Positions 43,549-54,979 of a stretch of 64,000 nt of DNA are shown here, in pieces; the first letter of the stretch is position 1, and each line of letters opens with the position of its first letter. A program made the translations under genes and the position numbers. Where the stretch lies: assembly GCA_042408215.1 (NCBI GenBank), contig JAYFMW010000006.1, positions 480,001-544,000 on the forward strand, read 5' to 3'. Under the pieces are notes generated by a model that was given only the letters and a program-made list of their open reading frames with translations, was not told the DNA's origin and did not search any database. The stretch comes from Microcoleus sp. Its GTDB lineage: Bacteria > Cyanobacteriota > Cyanobacteriia > Cyanobacteriales > Microcoleaceae.

Positions 43549-44946
43549 ATGAAACAGTTATCACAAGCGGTTGAATTTGATGCTGCATTGTTGAATAAAT
43601 ACAATCAGCCTTTACCCCGCTATACCAGCTATCCACCCGCTACGGAATTAAGCACTGAATTCGATCGCAACGCATTTAGAACCGCGATCGCCGTCGGCAA
43701 TCATAAACAAACCCCCTTATCGCTTTACTGCCATATCCCGTTTTGTGAAACGCCTTGTTATTTCTGTGGCTGCAATACCATCATCACCCAGCGCAAGGAG
43801 GTGGTAGAACCCTATTTAGGCTATCTCGATCGCCAAATTCGCCAACTTGCCAGTTTGGTGGATGCCGATCGGCTGGTGCATCAGTTGCACTGGGGCGGTG
43901 GCACCCCCAACTATCTCGATCGGAGTCAGGTAGAGTTTCTCTGGAACCAGTTAAATCGGCATTTTCGGTTCGATGACGCAGCAGAAATATCGATCGAAAT
44001 TAATCCTAGCTATATCGATCGCGAATATATTCTATTTCTGCGACAATTAGGCTTTAATCGGATTAGCTTTGGCATTCAAGACTTTAATCCCACCGTGCAG
44101 GAAGCAATCAATCGGGTGCAGCCCGAAGCGATGTTGTTTGATGTGATGGATTGGATGCGGGAAGCAGGGTTTGAAAGTGTCAATGTAGATTTGATTTACG
44201 GCTTACCTTTCCAGACACAAGCAACGTTCGAGGAAACGGTGCAGAAGACTTTGCAATTAAATCCCGATCGCATTGCCGTCTTTAATTTTGCCTATGTTCC
44301 CTGGCTCAAACCGGTTCAGAAACGGATGCCGGAATCCGCCTTGCCGACTGCTGGCGAAAAGCTGAAGATTCTGCAAAACACGATCGCCCAACTGACGCAA
44401 AATAACTATGTGTTTATTGGTATGGATCACTTTGCTAAGCCCAATGATGAACTGGCGATCGCGCAACAAGCTGGGCAACTCCATCGTAATTTTCAGGGTT
44501 ATACAACTAAGCCGGAATCGGATCTGTTGGGCTTTGGCATGACTTCCATCAGTATGTTGCAGGATGTGTATACCCAAAACCACAAGCGATTGAAAGACTT
44601 TTATCAGGCGATCGATGGGAAGGAATTGCCGATCGAAAAAGGCGTTCGACTCAATCAGGACGATCTGATTCGGCGCACAGTAATCATGGAATTGATGTGT
44701 CAATTCCAACTGTCGGTGCCGGATTTGGAAGAAAAATACCATCTCGGCTTCGATCTCGATTTCAATGACTATTTCGCCCAGGTATTGCCACAACTTGATG
44801 CCTTAGAAGCCGATGGGTTAATCAAACGTTGGGGTGATGGCATTGAAGTAACTGCGATCGGGCGATTGCTAATTCGCAATATTGCCTCCGTGTTTGATAC
44901 CTATCTCATACCCCAATCCAGCAAACGGTTTTCCAAGTCCCTGTAA
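43549..44946 (+). CDS. hemN: Oxygen-independent coproporphyrinogen III oxidase
   Basis: PRYTSYP, HIPFCETPCYFCGC radical-SAM motif, HWGGGTP, RNFQGY. Confidence 0.95.
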   Translation: MKQLSQAVEFDAALLNKYNQPLPRYTSYPPATELSTEFDRNAFRTAIAVGNHKQTPLSLYCHIPFCETPCYFCGCNTIITQRKEVVEPYLGYLDRQIRQLASLVDADRLVHQLHWGGGTPNYLDRSQVEFLWNQLNRHFRFDDAAEISIEINPSYIDREYILFLRQLGFNRISFGIQDFNPTVQEAINRVQPEAMLFDVMDWMREAGFESVNVDLIYGLPFQTQATFEETVQKTLQLNPDRIAVFNFAYVPWLKPVQKRMPESALPTAGEKLKILQNTIAQLTQNNYVFIGMDHFAKPNDELAIAQQAGQLHRNFQGYTTKPESDLLGFGMTSISMLQDVYTQNHKRLKDFYQAIDGKELPIEKGVRLNQDDLIRRTVIMELMCQFQLSVPDLEEKYHLGFDLDFNDYFAQVLPQLDALEADGLIKRWGDGIEVTAIGRLLIRNIASVFDTYLIPQSSKRFSKSL

Positions 44947-45042
44947 ATCGTCCTCAGAGTTGTTAACATAGTCCTGGACGCATAAATACCTTCATAACCG
45001 GGTTTTTGCGTAAGTCAAAACCAATACAACCAGGAAAAAATC

Positions 45043-46692
45043 ATGTTTTGCGAACAATGCGAACAAACAGCCAGCGGACAGGGATGCCATCAGTTTGGCG
45101 CTTGCGGGAAAAGTCCCCAGGTGAATGCTATCCAAGATTTGGTGATTTATTATCTGCGCGGGTTGGCTCCGATCGCCCTGAAAGCCAAGGAATTAGGCAT
45201 TGATACTCATACCGTGGATGTCTTCACCTGCGAAGCCATCTTTGCCACCATGACCAATGTCAACTTTTCCGAAAAGCGGTTTGTTGAGTATCTCCATGAA
45301 GCGATCGCCCATCGCGCCAACCTCAAGGCTCAAGTGCAGCAAGCAACAGACAATCCACCCACTTGGGCTGAAATTTCCAACTGGGAACCCAACTTTGAGG
45401 ACAGCCTGGTTGAGCAGGGTGAGCAGATTTCCCTCCAGTTCCTCAGTCAGTCTGCCTCGAATGTGGATATTTTCTCACTCAAACTCACCGTACTATACGG
45501 CGTTAAGGGTCTTGCCTCCTACACCTTCCACGCCTACGAAGTTGGACAGGAAGACGAGCGGGTGTATCGTTTCATTTACGAGGCACTTGTCGCTCTCGAT
45601 AACCCAACCTTGGGCTTGCAGGAGTGGGTGAATCTTGCTCTTGAGGTGGGAGCCATTAATTTGCGATCGATGGAACTGTTGGATACCGCACATACCAGTA
45701 CCTATGGACACCCAATTCCCACGCCTGTTCCCCTCAATCCACGCCAAGGGAAGGCGATTCTGGTTTCAGGACATGACATCAAACAACTCGAAGGCTTACT
45801 GAAGCAAACCGCAGCCACTGGAATTACGGTTTACACCCACGGCGAACTTCTACCAGCCCACGGCTATCCCAAACTCAAACAGCAGTACCCCCATCTCTAT
45901 GGTCACTACGGCACCGCTTGGCAGAACCAAACTAAGGATTTTGCCAAGTTCCCCGGTGCGATCGTGATTACGACCAACTGCTTAATGCCAACCCATTCCT
46001 ATTATGAAGATAAACTCTTTAGCGTTGGCCCAGTCGGCTATCCCGGCATTATTAACTTGAGTGCGATCGACAATGGCGCACCCGATTTTACTCCCGTTAT
46101 CTCGATCGCACTGGCACTTCCCGGCTTTACTGAAGATGCACCCCCCAGGGAAGTCAAAGTTGGTTTTGCCCACAATACGGTCTTGGGGGTGGCAGATAAA
46201 GTAATTGACGCTGTGAAACAGGGTAAAATCCGCCATTTCTTCCTGGTGGGGGGCTGTGATGGAGCCAAACCCGATCGCAACTACTACACCGAGTTCGTCG
46301 AAAAGGTGCCTGATGATTGTGTCGTGCTCACCCTAGCTTGCGGTAAGTTTCGGTTCTTCGATCAAGATCTCGGAGAGATTGACGGACTCCCCCGCCTGAT
46401 GGATCTCGGTCAGTGCAACGATGCCTACTCCGCGATTAAGATTGCTGTAGCACTAGCCAATGCCTTTGAGGTCGGTGTCAACGATATACCCCTGTCCATG
46501 ATTCTGTCCTGGTATGAACAGAAGGCCGTAGCCGTCTTGCTAACTCTCTTGCATCTGGGGATTAAAAACATTCGCCTAGGGCCGACATTACCGGCATTTA
46601 TTTCTCCGAATGTATTCAAGCTACTGTCGGAGCAATACAACTTGCAGGCCATTACCACCCCTGATGCCGATCTGGCAGCTTGCTTGAGCTGA
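45043..46692 (+). CDS. hcp: Hybrid cluster protein (hydroxylamine/NO reductase)
   Basis: MFCEQCEQT..GC...GACGK, SGHD, YTHGE, TTNC, VGGCDG, GQCND, SWYEQKA. Confidence 0.95.
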   Translation: MFCEQCEQTASGQGCHQFGACGKSPQVNAIQDLVIYYLRGLAPIALKAKELGIDTHTVDVFTCEAIFATMTNVNFSEKRFVEYLHEAIAHRANLKAQVQQATDNPPTWAEISNWEPNFEDSLVEQGEQISLQFLSQSASNVDIFSLKLTVLYGVKGLASYTFHAYEVGQEDERVYRFIYEALVALDNPTLGLQEWVNLALEVGAINLRSMELLDTAHTSTYGHPIPTPVPLNPRQGKAILVSGHDIKQLEGLLKQTAATGITVYTHGELLPAHGYPKLKQQYPHLYGHYGTAWQNQTKDFAKFPGAIVITTNCLMPTHSYYEDKLFSVGPVGYPGIINLSAIDNGAPDFTPVISIALALPGFTEDAPPREVKVGFAHNTVLGVADKVIDAVKQGKIRHFFLVGGCDGAKPDRNYYTEFVEKVPDDCVVLTLACGKFRFFDQDLGEIDGLPRLMDLGQCNDAYSAIKIAVALANAFEVGVNDIPLSMILSWYEQKAVAVLLTLLHLGIKNIRLGPTLPAFISPNVFKLLSEQYNLQAITTPDADLAACLS

Positions 46693-46706
46693 TTAGCAGT
46701 CATTCG

Positions 46707-46846
46707 CTAAGGAATGAGAATTAAATAACTTAGAATTTTGATGGTTCTTGTGGGATGGGCGTCCCGCCCGTCCAGAAAGGGCGGGCTATAAGCCCAACCC
46801 CTACTCCCCACCAACTTGTGTAAATTATTTAATTCGCGATCCTAAG
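46707..46846. mobile_element. MITE-like element (CTAAGGA..GAATTAAATAA / TTATTTAATTC..TCCTAAG) carrying a REP-like doublet
   Basis: Imperfect TIRs around a GTGGGATGGGCGTCCCGCCCGTCC...GGGCGGGCTATAAGCCC cargo related to 33975-34155. Confidence 0.6.
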
Positions 46847-46998
46847 TCTATTCAGAGGGATTCATCTGCGTTAATCTGTGTTTATCTGCGGTGAAAAAAA
46901 GAGAATGTATTAACCGCCCCGGACAAGGGATTGACGCTGATTCACGCAGAGGTCGAGAATAGAGATAGGAATGGGCGAGCGATCGGATGGATATTCAT

Positions 46999-47354
46999 AA
47001 AAAAGCTCGGTAAGTGGGAAACTCAGAGTCTTTAGACCTGAGAGGGAAACGACGCGGGTGGTTTTAACCACCGTGAATCCCCTTGCGGGGTGGAGGGTAT
47101 GGTTGCCCCTCCGGTTTTCTCTTGCGAGTAATGTTAGCTTCGCCAAAGTTATCAGGGCTTGTTAGGGTAACAACACTGTAAAGCGTGACTTTAGAACTGT
47201 TTAATTGCTACCGACAGAGCAGGGGACTAGCTTCGCATCCAAGCGGGTGTCGTGACCCAAATAACGTAGTCAGTTAAGACTGAGGCTGGTCAGAATAGCT
47301 TGCTTCGAGACTTGCTCTTACAAGCGAGCGTGTCTTTAGACCTGAGTTCCTGAC
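46999..47354 (-). ncRNA. Stand-alone HEARO / IscB omega-RNA in a non-autonomous IS200/IS605-like element
   Basis: Minus strand reads GTCAGGAACTCAGGTCTAAAGAC...GCTTG...CAAGC.TGACCAGCCTCAG..GACTACGTT..GTCACGACACC..GATGCGAAGCTAGTCCCCTGCTCTGTC..TTAAACAG..CAGTG..AACAAGC..TAACTTTGGCGAAGCTAACATTAC, the HEARO motif order. A second CTCAGGTCTAAAGAC hairpin sits at the other end; no iscB ORF. Confidence 0.85.
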
Positions 47355-47437
47355 ATTCTCAAAGAAGGCAGTCGGATTTTTACAGGCTACCGGGGTCAAA
47401 TGAATCTCGCTGAGTCGGAGTTATGAACCCGATCGCA

Positions 47438-48310
47438 TTAAGCATCGAGCATCCAAGCAACACACTGTTGCATTTGCTCGTGCATTGTTTCTCTGTCAGC
47501 ATTATACCTGCGGCCGTGTCCCGGCAACACCCACTCAAACTCATAATTAGCCAAATTCTGCATCGATTGGATTTGTTCCGCCCAAGAGTACCAGCAGACT
47601 TGGCGAAAAGCAATTAGCTGCTGCAAATTATCCGACCAAGCCAGATGATCGCCACTCAACAAAAACTTATTATTGTAAAGTAAAACTGTGTGACCTTTCG
47701 TGTGCCCCGGTACAGAAATAATCAACAAGTCATCTGCTATTTGATGCGGTTCGTGGCCCGACAATTGAATTTCTACACTGCGAGTATCCGCATTAATTTC
47801 GTCAGTATGAAGAATGCGATCGCACCCAAAATGGTCTCGGTATTGTTGATGATCTGCCACATCATCGCGGTGAGTCAAGTACAAATAGCGAAGGCCGCCC
47901 ATTGCTTCTATATTTTTAACTAGCGGCGGCACAAAACGAGGAGAATCAACCAAAATATTGCCCTCTGGGCGGACTATTAAATAGCTAGCTGCGCCGTAGG
48001 ATTTCTCTGAATGGTAGCCACAGTGGTAAATATTTTCTGTTACGATTGCGGGCAAACTTTGCTGAACTTCCTTGATATTTTTCGGTTTGTCAACAGTGCC
48101 GATCGAACTTGTGGGACAAGACAAAAGAGCCGCGAGCGATCGCCTTTCTGCCCTATCATCAGTTGGCTGCTGGTAAACCGCCGACTGTTCTCCCACTTCA
48201 ACAAATACTTCCGGTGCCATCCACCGACAAGTATCGCAGCTAATGCAGGTACTATCTACATAAAAATTACCACTAATATTTTCAGTACGCCGCCGATTAA
48301 TGTGAGCCAT
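47438..48310 (-). CDS. MBL-fold metallo-hydrolase with N-terminal ferredoxin-like domain
   Basis: CISCDTC...CP, THRDDVADH, PGHTKGH, SGD, LPGHG. Start MAHIN at 48310; the ORF-track extension is repeat. Confidence 0.88.
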   Translation of the reverse strand: MAHINRRRTENISGNFYVDSTCISCDTCRWMAPEVFVEVGEQSAVYQQPTDDRAERRSLAALLSCPTSSIGTVDKPKNIKEVQQSLPAIVTENIYHCGYHSEKSYGAASYLIVRPEGNILVDSPRFVPPLVKNIEAMGGLRYLYLTHRDDVADHQQYRDHFGCDRILHTDEINADTRSVEIQLSGHEPHQIADDLLIISVPGHTKGHTVLLYNNKFLLSGDHLAWSDNLQQLIAFRQVCWYSWAEQIQSMQNLANYEFEWVLPGHGRRYNADRETMHEQMQQCVAWMLDA

Positions 48311-48360
48311 TTTTCTCCCTCTTAATAACAAATATAAATCCTTGTAAATTATACCAATAG

Positions 48361-49072
48361 GACTTACGCATGGGGGTTCAGAAACCGGGTTTTTTCGAGA
48401 ATACTTGGTTGTGGCGCGCTGATTCGGTAAAAAACCCGGTTTCTTTGAGGACTTACGCATGGGGGTTCAGAAACCGGGTTTTTACAGAGAATACTTGGTT
48501 GTGGCGCGCTGATTCGGTAAAAAACCCGGTTTCTTTGAGGACTTACGCACGGGGGTTCAGAAACCGGGTTTTTACAGAGAATACTTGGTTGTGGCGCGCT
48601 GATTCGGTAAAAAACCCGGTTTCTTTGAGGACTTACGCACGGGGGTTCAGAAACCGGGTTTTTACAGAGAATACTTGGTTGTGGCGCGCTGATTCGGTAA
48701 AAAACCCGGTTTCTTTGAGGACTTACGCACGGGTGGTCAGAAACCGGGTTTTTACAGAGAATACTTGGTTGTGGCGCGCTGATTCGGTAAAAAACCCGGT
48801 TTCTTTGAGGACTTACGCACGGGTGGTCAGAAACCGGGTTTTTTCGAGAATACTTGGTTGTGGCGCGCTGATTCGGTAAAAAACCCGGTTTCTTTGAGGA
48901 CTTACGCATGGGTGGTCAGAAACCGGGTTTTTTCGAGAATACTTGGTTGTGGCGCGCTGATTCGGTAAAAAACCCGGTTTCTTTGAGGACTTACGCATGG
49001 GTGGTCAGAAACCGGGTTTTTACAGAGAAGACGCGTTGTGGCGCGCTGATTCGGTAAAAAACCCGGTTTCTT
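48361..49072. repeat. 89-90-bp tandem array (8 units) of inverted-arm repeat
   Basis: Unit GACTTACGCAYGGG.G.TCAGAAACCGGGTTTTT..GAGAATACTTGGTTGTGGCGCGCTGATTCGGTAAAAAACCCGGTTTCTTTGAG. Confidence 0.95.
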
Positions 49073-49085
49073 TGTCGGAGAGGTT

Positions 49086-50387
49086 CTACCGCTGCTGAGT
49101 CGCTGGAAAAGCACCAGCTTTCACGGCCACAGTCACAACTTGTCCGCCACGGCTCAATTCAAGCTGCATATCGTTACCAACTTTACTTTTCTCCACAATT
49201 TGCTGTACGCTGCCAGCATCGCTCACCTCTTGACCATTAATTTTCTTAATCACATCAGCAACGCTAACTCCAGCTTTGGCCGCCGGAGAATTTTTCGCAA
49301 CTCCCAAAACTAACACACCTTTATCTTCAGTCAACCTCAATTTGGTGTTCGGATTTCTATTGAATTCTGCCTTGACTTCGGGAGTAATACTCAACATCCG
49401 AACCCCCAAATAAGGATGGTCGGCTTTCCCTGTTGATACTAACTGATCGGCAATTTGTTGAGCGCGATCGATCGGAATTGCAAAACCCAATCCTTGAGCA
49501 CCTTGAATAATCGCCGTATTCATGCCGATAACTTGACCGCGCTGATTCAGCAATGGGCCACCGGAATTTCCCGGATTAATCGCAGCATCCGTTTGAATAA
49601 AGCTGACGCGCTTGTCGGGAACGCCCACATCAGCGCTGGAACGACCTGTAGCGCTAATAATGCCCACAGTAACAGTATTGTCCAAACCGAGGGGATTGCC
49701 GATCGCGATCGCCCATTCTCCCGGCTGTAACTCTTCCGATTTACCCAAACTAACCACAGGCAAATTGTTAGCTTCAACCTTAACAACAGCCACATCTGTA
49801 ACTGTATCTATACCTAAAACTTTGCCCACAAATTCCCGGCCATCTTTCAGTTTTACCGTCACCGTATCCGCACCATCAACAACGTGAGCGTTAGTCAAAA
49901 TGCGGCCGTCGGAACCAAAAACAAAACCCGAACCTGAACCCTTTTCTACTCGATTTTCCGGCAGAATCGGAGATTCTGAGCCAAAGAAGCGGCGGAAAAA
50001 CGGGTCTTCTAAAACATCAGGCTGTTGGCTGTGAACTGTGCGAGACGAATTAATCCGTACCACCGCCGGCCCGACTTGCTGCACTACTTTTGTCACAAAA
50101 TTAGAGTCTTGAGAAGGCAGTATATTGATAGGTGCTGCTGCAATTGGCGCTGGACTTGAGGGTTCAGCTTTGATCGCATTAGAAGTTCCCGGCGCTTGGG
50201 AAGTTAGGGCGTTGCACCCAACCATTGCGGTGGAGCCCAGCAAAACTAGGTATAAACAAGCAAGTTTTTTCGGCAAAGATAAAGTGCGATGATGCTGAGT
50301 TTGATTAGGCATATTTTTGCTTTCCGTAATATTGATTTGGTGGGAGTCAGAGCGAGAATTATAATTATGGTTTTTCATTTGTAACAC
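49086..50387 (-). CDS. HtrA/HhoA/HhoB serine protease with PDZ domain
   Basis: [32 protein letters not shown]; lipobox-like MVGC. Start may be 50312. Confidence 0.93.
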   Translation of the reverse strand: MLQMKNHNYNSRSDSHQINITESKNMPNQTQHHRTLSLPKKLACLYLVLLGSTAMVGCNALTSQAPGTSNAIKAEPSSPAPIAAAPINILPSQDSNFVTKVVQQVGPAVVRINSSRTVHSQQPDVLEDPFFRRFFGSESPILPENRVEKGSGSGFVFGSDGRILTNAHVVDGADTVTVKLKDGREFVGKVLGIDTVTDVAVVKVEANNLPVVSLGKSEELQPGEWAIAIGNPLGLDNTVTVGIISATGRSSADVGVPDKRVSFIQTDAAINPGNSGGPLLNQRGQVIGMNTAIIQGAQGLGFAIPIDRAQQIADQLVSTGKADHPYLGVRMLSITPEVKAEFNRNPNTKLRLTEDKGVLVLGVAKNSPAAKAGVSVADVIKKINGQEVSDAGSVQQIVEKSKVGNDMQLELSRGGQVVTVAVKAGAFPATQQR

Positions 50388-50597
50388 CTATTTAATTAAG
50401 TTAGAACCAAAGGCTCTTTAAGTTAAATAGAAGCATTTTTTAGATGTGTTCGCCTGGTGGGATTTACCCTACACCGTGGGGTAGAAACCGTGCTATCTAA
50501 AACAGATTGTTGATTTGCTTCATGCTAACAAAGACTACGGCCCCAGGCCTGGATATTCCGCATTAACCCTGAAGTTTTTACACTTTTGACAACGAAA

Positions 50598-51689
50598 TTA
50601 GCAATTTTCTCGATCGGCAGACTCAACAGAAACTCCAGAATTGCCCTCCCTCGACTGATTCCTCGAAATTCCCAAAGCATCAACAGTATTTTTAATAAAA
50701 CCCGCCATCGGCACCGCAACCAACAAACCAACTACTCCACCCACCCTGATTCCCACCAGCAGCGAAACTAAAATCCACACGGGATTGAGACCGATAAAAC
50801 TCCCCATCAGCCGAGGAGCCACCGCATTTTCAATTACTTGATCGATGACTGTAGCGACAGCCAAAACAGTCACCCCAAGCCAAAAATTGTTCAGCGTTAT
50901 TAGCAAACTGACAATCCAAATACTAAAAGGTGCTCCAAAGGGAATTAGAGTCATTACACCCACGCCCAAACCAAACAATAGACCAAAGGGAACTCGCAAA
51001 ATTAAAAAGGCAACAGTCATGGAAAGTCCCATCAAAGTTGCTAAAATAGCCTGCCCAACGAAGTAGTTGTGGAAGCTTCGCGGCAGCAATGCCCGCAATT
51101 GGACACTCAGCTTGGGGGGGAACCACTTAAACAAGCCTTCCCACACTCGATCGCCATGTAATAGCAAATAGAATGTCAGAACTATTGTGAGCAGGAAGTT
51201 CAAAAGACTGTCTGCCGCACCTAAGCCAAATTTGAGGATTTCGCCACTTAGAGACTGCAATTGAGCCGAAAGTCGATCGCTCAATTGAGTTGTCAAACCG
51301 CTAACATCAATGCGTAGATTACGATTTTCCGCCCACTTGTGGAACGCTTCAATCTGTTCGGTTCCAGAAACGATCCAAGTCGGCAGTCGAGTTGCAAGTT
51401 CGGTGAGTTGATTGAGCAGAATGGGAGCGAGAGTGAGGCCTAAAACCACCAGTACGAATAAAGTAACAAATAATACTGACAAAATTGCTCGATCGCGCTT
51501 CATCCCATACTTGCACAGAAAGCGGACTGGGTAATCTAGCAAAAAAGACAGCACTGTAGCGACGACCAAAACAGTAATCAGGGCGCGAAAATATTCAAAG
51601 ATTAGGAGAGCTAACCAGCAGTTGAGTACCGCTAGGGGAAATAACAGTCCATAAGTCCACCAGTGCGGCAGTTTCGTGAAAGGTCTCAT
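50598..51689 (-). CDS. AI-2E family transporter
   Basis: Multi-TM protein with LIPFGA, ENAVAPRLMG, GLNPVWIL and GLLVAVP. Confidence 0.88.
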   Translation of the reverse strand: MRPFTKLPHWWTYGLLFPLAVLNCWLALLIFEYFRALITVLVVATVLSFLLDYPVRFLCKYGMKRDRAILSVLFVTLFVLVVLGLTLAPILLNQLTELATRLPTWIVSGTEQIEAFHKWAENRNLRIDVSGLTTQLSDRLSAQLQSLSGEILKFGLGAADSLLNFLLTIVLTFYLLLHGDRVWEGLFKWFPPKLSVQLRALLPRSFHNYFVGQAILATLMGLSMTVAFLILRVPFGLLFGLGVGVMTLIPFGAPFSIWIVSLLITLNNFWLGVTVLAVATVIDQVIENAVAPRLMGSFIGLNPVWILVSLLVGIRVGGVVGLLVAVPMAGFIKNTVDALGISRNQSREGNSGVSVESADRENC

Positions 51690-51950
51690 TTAAGTTAACG
51701 GATTTAAAGCTTGAGATTTTAGGGTTAAGATTAACCCTAATGTTAGCCGATCGCCTTTCGCCATCTTATTGTGCACTTATTTATACCCACCCACTGAAAA
51801 TTGCCAGTTGCCGATCGGACCAGAAGAATTTGGTTGTAGGCAGACACTGCCTGCTATTACCATATTATCTCGTTTCCGCAGGTAAGGATATATAACCTGC
51901 GGAATAATTTATTTTTTGCTGTTGGTAGTTCGCGGTTTAAGGTTGGCGAT

Positions 51951-53024
51951 TCAAGATTTCTCCCCGTGTCTTTCTAAAGCCAATTGAATTAAACGGTCTA
52001 CTAATTCCGGGAAAGAAATGCCCGAAGCTTCCCAAAGTTGGGGATACATACTGGTAGCCGTGAAGCCGGGAAAAGTGTTAATTTCATTAATCAAAACCTC
52101 CCCTGTAGATTCAACATAAAAAAAGTCTACTCGCCCTAGACCTGCTCCATCTATGGCTAAAAATGCTTGCACTGCCATTTCTTGAATTTTTGAGATTATG
52201 GCACTACTAACTTTTGCCGGAATTGACAAATCTGCTTGCCCTTGAGTATACTTAGTTTCGTAGTCGTAGAAATCGCTATTAAAACTAATTTCTCCCACCG
52301 TGGAAGCTTGGGGATTGTCATTACCCAAAACAGCACATTCTAATTCTCTAGCTATCACACCCGCTTCCACAATTATCCGGCGATCGTAACTAGCGGCGCT
52401 GTCGAGAGCAGCTTCTAATTCAGCGCGCGATCGCACTTTAGAAATTCCCACAGACGAACCCAAATTCGCAGGTTTCACAAAGCAAGGATAACCCAAAGAT
52501 TCCTCAATTTTGTCGCACAGTTTCGGGAAAACACAAGGATTAGACCAGATTTCAGAACGGTTGACAGCGATGTATTGTACCTGCGGCAAACCTGCGTGAG
52601 CAAAAGCCATTTTCATCGCAATTTTATCCATTCCCATCGCCGAACCCAAAACCCCGGAACCGACAAAAGGAATTTGCATTAATTTCAGCAACCCTTGCAC
52701 CGTACCGTCTTCGCCATTGGGCCCGTGCAGAACCGGGAACCAAACATCTACAGCATTAAAATTAGGAAACTGTCTAGATGTGGAAGAGTCATCTTGTCCT
52801 GCTTGTTGCTCTATTTCCAGAGGTTTTCCGGTGGATAAGACTTGTTGAGGTATTGTTCCCGACAACCAGCGACCGTCTTTTTGGATATAGAATGGGTGAA
52901 CCTCGTATTTAGTGGCATTTTCGTCAGAAGCGAGGGCTCCCGCGATCGCCCTAGCCGAACTAATTGAGACTTCGTGTTCCCCCGATCGCCCGCCGAATAA
53001 AAGCCCTATCCGCATCTTCGTCAT
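51951..53024 (-). CDS. ddl: D-alanine--D-alanine ligase
   Basis: [45 protein letters not shown]. Confidence 0.95.
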   Translation of the reverse strand: MTKMRIGLLFGGRSGEHEVSISSARAIAGALASDENATKYEVHPFYIQKDGRWLSGTIPQQVLSTGKPLEIEQQAGQDDSSTSRQFPNFNAVDVWFPVLHGPNGEDGTVQGLLKLMQIPFVGSGVLGSAMGMDKIAMKMAFAHAGLPQVQYIAVNRSEIWSNPCVFPKLCDKIEESLGYPCFVKPANLGSSVGISKVRSRAELEAALDSAASYDRRIIVEAGVIARELECAVLGNDNPQASTVGEISFNSDFYDYETKYTQGQADLSIPAKVSSAIISKIQEMAVQAFLAIDGAGLGRVDFFYVESTGEVLINEINTFPGFTATSMYPQLWEASGISFPELVDRLIQLALERHGEKS

Positions 53025-53439
53025 TTTTCAAGACTCCCGGTACTTTTTAACAAATATCTTTTACAATACTTGGAATTAGCGCAGCTAACACAGAGAAGAA
53101 CCATTTTAAAAGTATTTATATCCTCCCCTCCACTCTTCCTCTGTGTCCTCTGCGCTCTCTGCGGTAAAAAAAAATATATTTTGTTAGAAGAGTTCACGAG
53201 TAAGCCATCTCTAGCCAATATTATCTATATTGTTGGTCATGTGATTGAGAATCTCTTGATTCCAATTATAATCCCAGAACAAGTGAAAAGTCGATCGAGG
53301 CTATCCGAGTAGTGGCTGATTTTATGCAAAATCGGGAATTCCCACGCGGTGTAAAAAACCCAGTTTCTACCTCAATATCTCTCGGTTCAATGCACGATAT
53401 TTCGGAGAAACCAGGTTTTTTGCCTAATTACGAAACTAT

Positions 53440-54780
53440 TTAAAGCATTTCCCCAGTCAAACTGAAAGCGCGAATATCAGTAATTTTAACCCGCACTATT
53501 TGACCAGCCAATTCAGCAATATCGCCCTTAAAAAAAGTAAGACGATTGCCGCGAGTGCGCCCCATCACCTGACTGGAATCTTTGAGATTTTGGAGTTCCA
53601 CCAAAACCTCTTCAACACGTCCGAAATAGCGCTGCGATCGCTCCATAGCAGTTGTTGTCACCACATGATTGATCCGTTGTAGGCGATCGGCCTTCACATC
53701 CTCACTCAACTGATTATCCCACAAAGCCGCCGGCGTTCCAGGCCGTGGCGAATAAGCCGCCGTATTCACCAAATCGAAACCAACATCTTCGATTAATTTT
53801 AAAGTCTTTTCAAACTGCGCTTCCGTCTCCCCAGGAAAACCGACAATCGCATCAGCCGTAATCGAAGCATCCGGCATATAACGGCGAATTGTATCAATAA
53901 TCCGCAGGTATTTCTCCTGAGTATAACCCCGCGACATCGCCTTCAAAATATCATTATCGCCCGACTGAAAAGGAATATGAAAATGTTCGCAAACCTGCGG
54001 CAATTCAGCACAAGCCTTAATTAACCGTTCCGTAAAATAGCGCGGGTGGCTAGTAGCAAATCTCAGGCGATCGACCCCAGGAACATCCCTCACAAAATAA
54101 AGCAAATCCGTCAAAGTATGCTGATGACTGCCATTAGATTTAGTCCCAGGCAAATCTCTGCCATAAGCATCAATATTTTGCCCCAACAAAGTTACTTCCT
54201 TGTAACCTTGACGACCCAAATCCTCCATTTCTGCCCGAATTGCCTCCGGTGTTCGCGACTGTTCAACGCCGCGCACATTCGGCACAACACAATAAGTACA
54301 GCGTTCATTGCAGCCATAAATTACATTCACCCAAGCCGTCACCGGACTATCGCGGCGAGGCTTAGTAATATCCTCCATAATCTCAACAGCTTCAGTCGCC
54401 ACAACTTGATTTCCCTGAAAAACTTGTTCCAGCAAATCTTCAAGCCGATTAGCGTGTTGTGGCCCCATTACCAAGTCCAATTCCGGCACACGTCGCAGCA
54501 GTGCTTCACCTTCTTGCTGGGCCACGCATCCCGCTACAATTAGAGTTAAACCCGGCTCCTTGCGCTTGCGGTGAGCCTGTCTTCCCAGATTAGAATAAAC
54601 TCTTTGTTCGGCATTGTCTCGAATAGTGCAAGTATTGTAGAGAATCAAGCTAGCTTCGTTGGGGTCTTCCGAGAACTCGAAGCCCATATTTTCCAGAATG
54701 CCGGCCATCCGTTCGGAGTCGGCTTTATTCATCTGGCATCCGAAAGTGGTAATGTGATAGCGGCGGGGTTTAACAGTCAT
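53440..54780 (-). CDS. miaB: tRNA-i6A37 methylthiotransferase
   Basis: [38 protein letters not shown] and a TRAM domain. Confidence 0.95.
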   Translation of the reverse strand: MTVKPRRYHITTFGCQMNKADSERMAGILENMGFEFSEDPNEASLILYNTCTIRDNAEQRVYSNLGRQAHRKRKEPGLTLIVAGCVAQQEGEALLRRVPELDLVMGPQHANRLEDLLEQVFQGNQVVATEAVEIMEDITKPRRDSPVTAWVNVIYGCNERCTYCVVPNVRGVEQSRTPEAIRAEMEDLGRQGYKEVTLLGQNIDAYGRDLPGTKSNGSHQHTLTDLLYFVRDVPGVDRLRFATSHPRYFTERLIKACAELPQVCEHFHIPFQSGDNDILKAMSRGYTQEKYLRIIDTIRRYMPDASITADAIVGFPGETEAQFEKTLKLIEDVGFDLVNTAAYSPRPGTPAALWDNQLSEDVKADRLQRINHVVTTTAMERSQRYFGRVEEVLVELQNLKDSSQVMGRTRGNRLTFFKGDIAELAGQIVRVKITDIRAFSLTGEML

Positions 54781-54979
54781 GGACAGTAAAGATAATTTTT
54801 CAGTGCAGGCTGGTTTTGCCGTGGTAAATTTTTCAACAGCAGAGATATTCTCAACCCGTTTTTACATTATACGATCGTTCTTGCTTAAGAAACTGCTGCA
54901 TTTTTGACTGCGGGGACATATATTGCTTGTTTTCCTAACACCTGAGTAACAACTTATATTTTATAGCGGTGAACTAAAA

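Noticed and set aside
48364..49114. ORFs of 60-181 aa within the arrays (also 19464-19895, 39288-39757 and 40683-40934)
   Set aside because: Translations of non-coding tandem repeats (RNRVF/KKPGF/KNPVS peptides).
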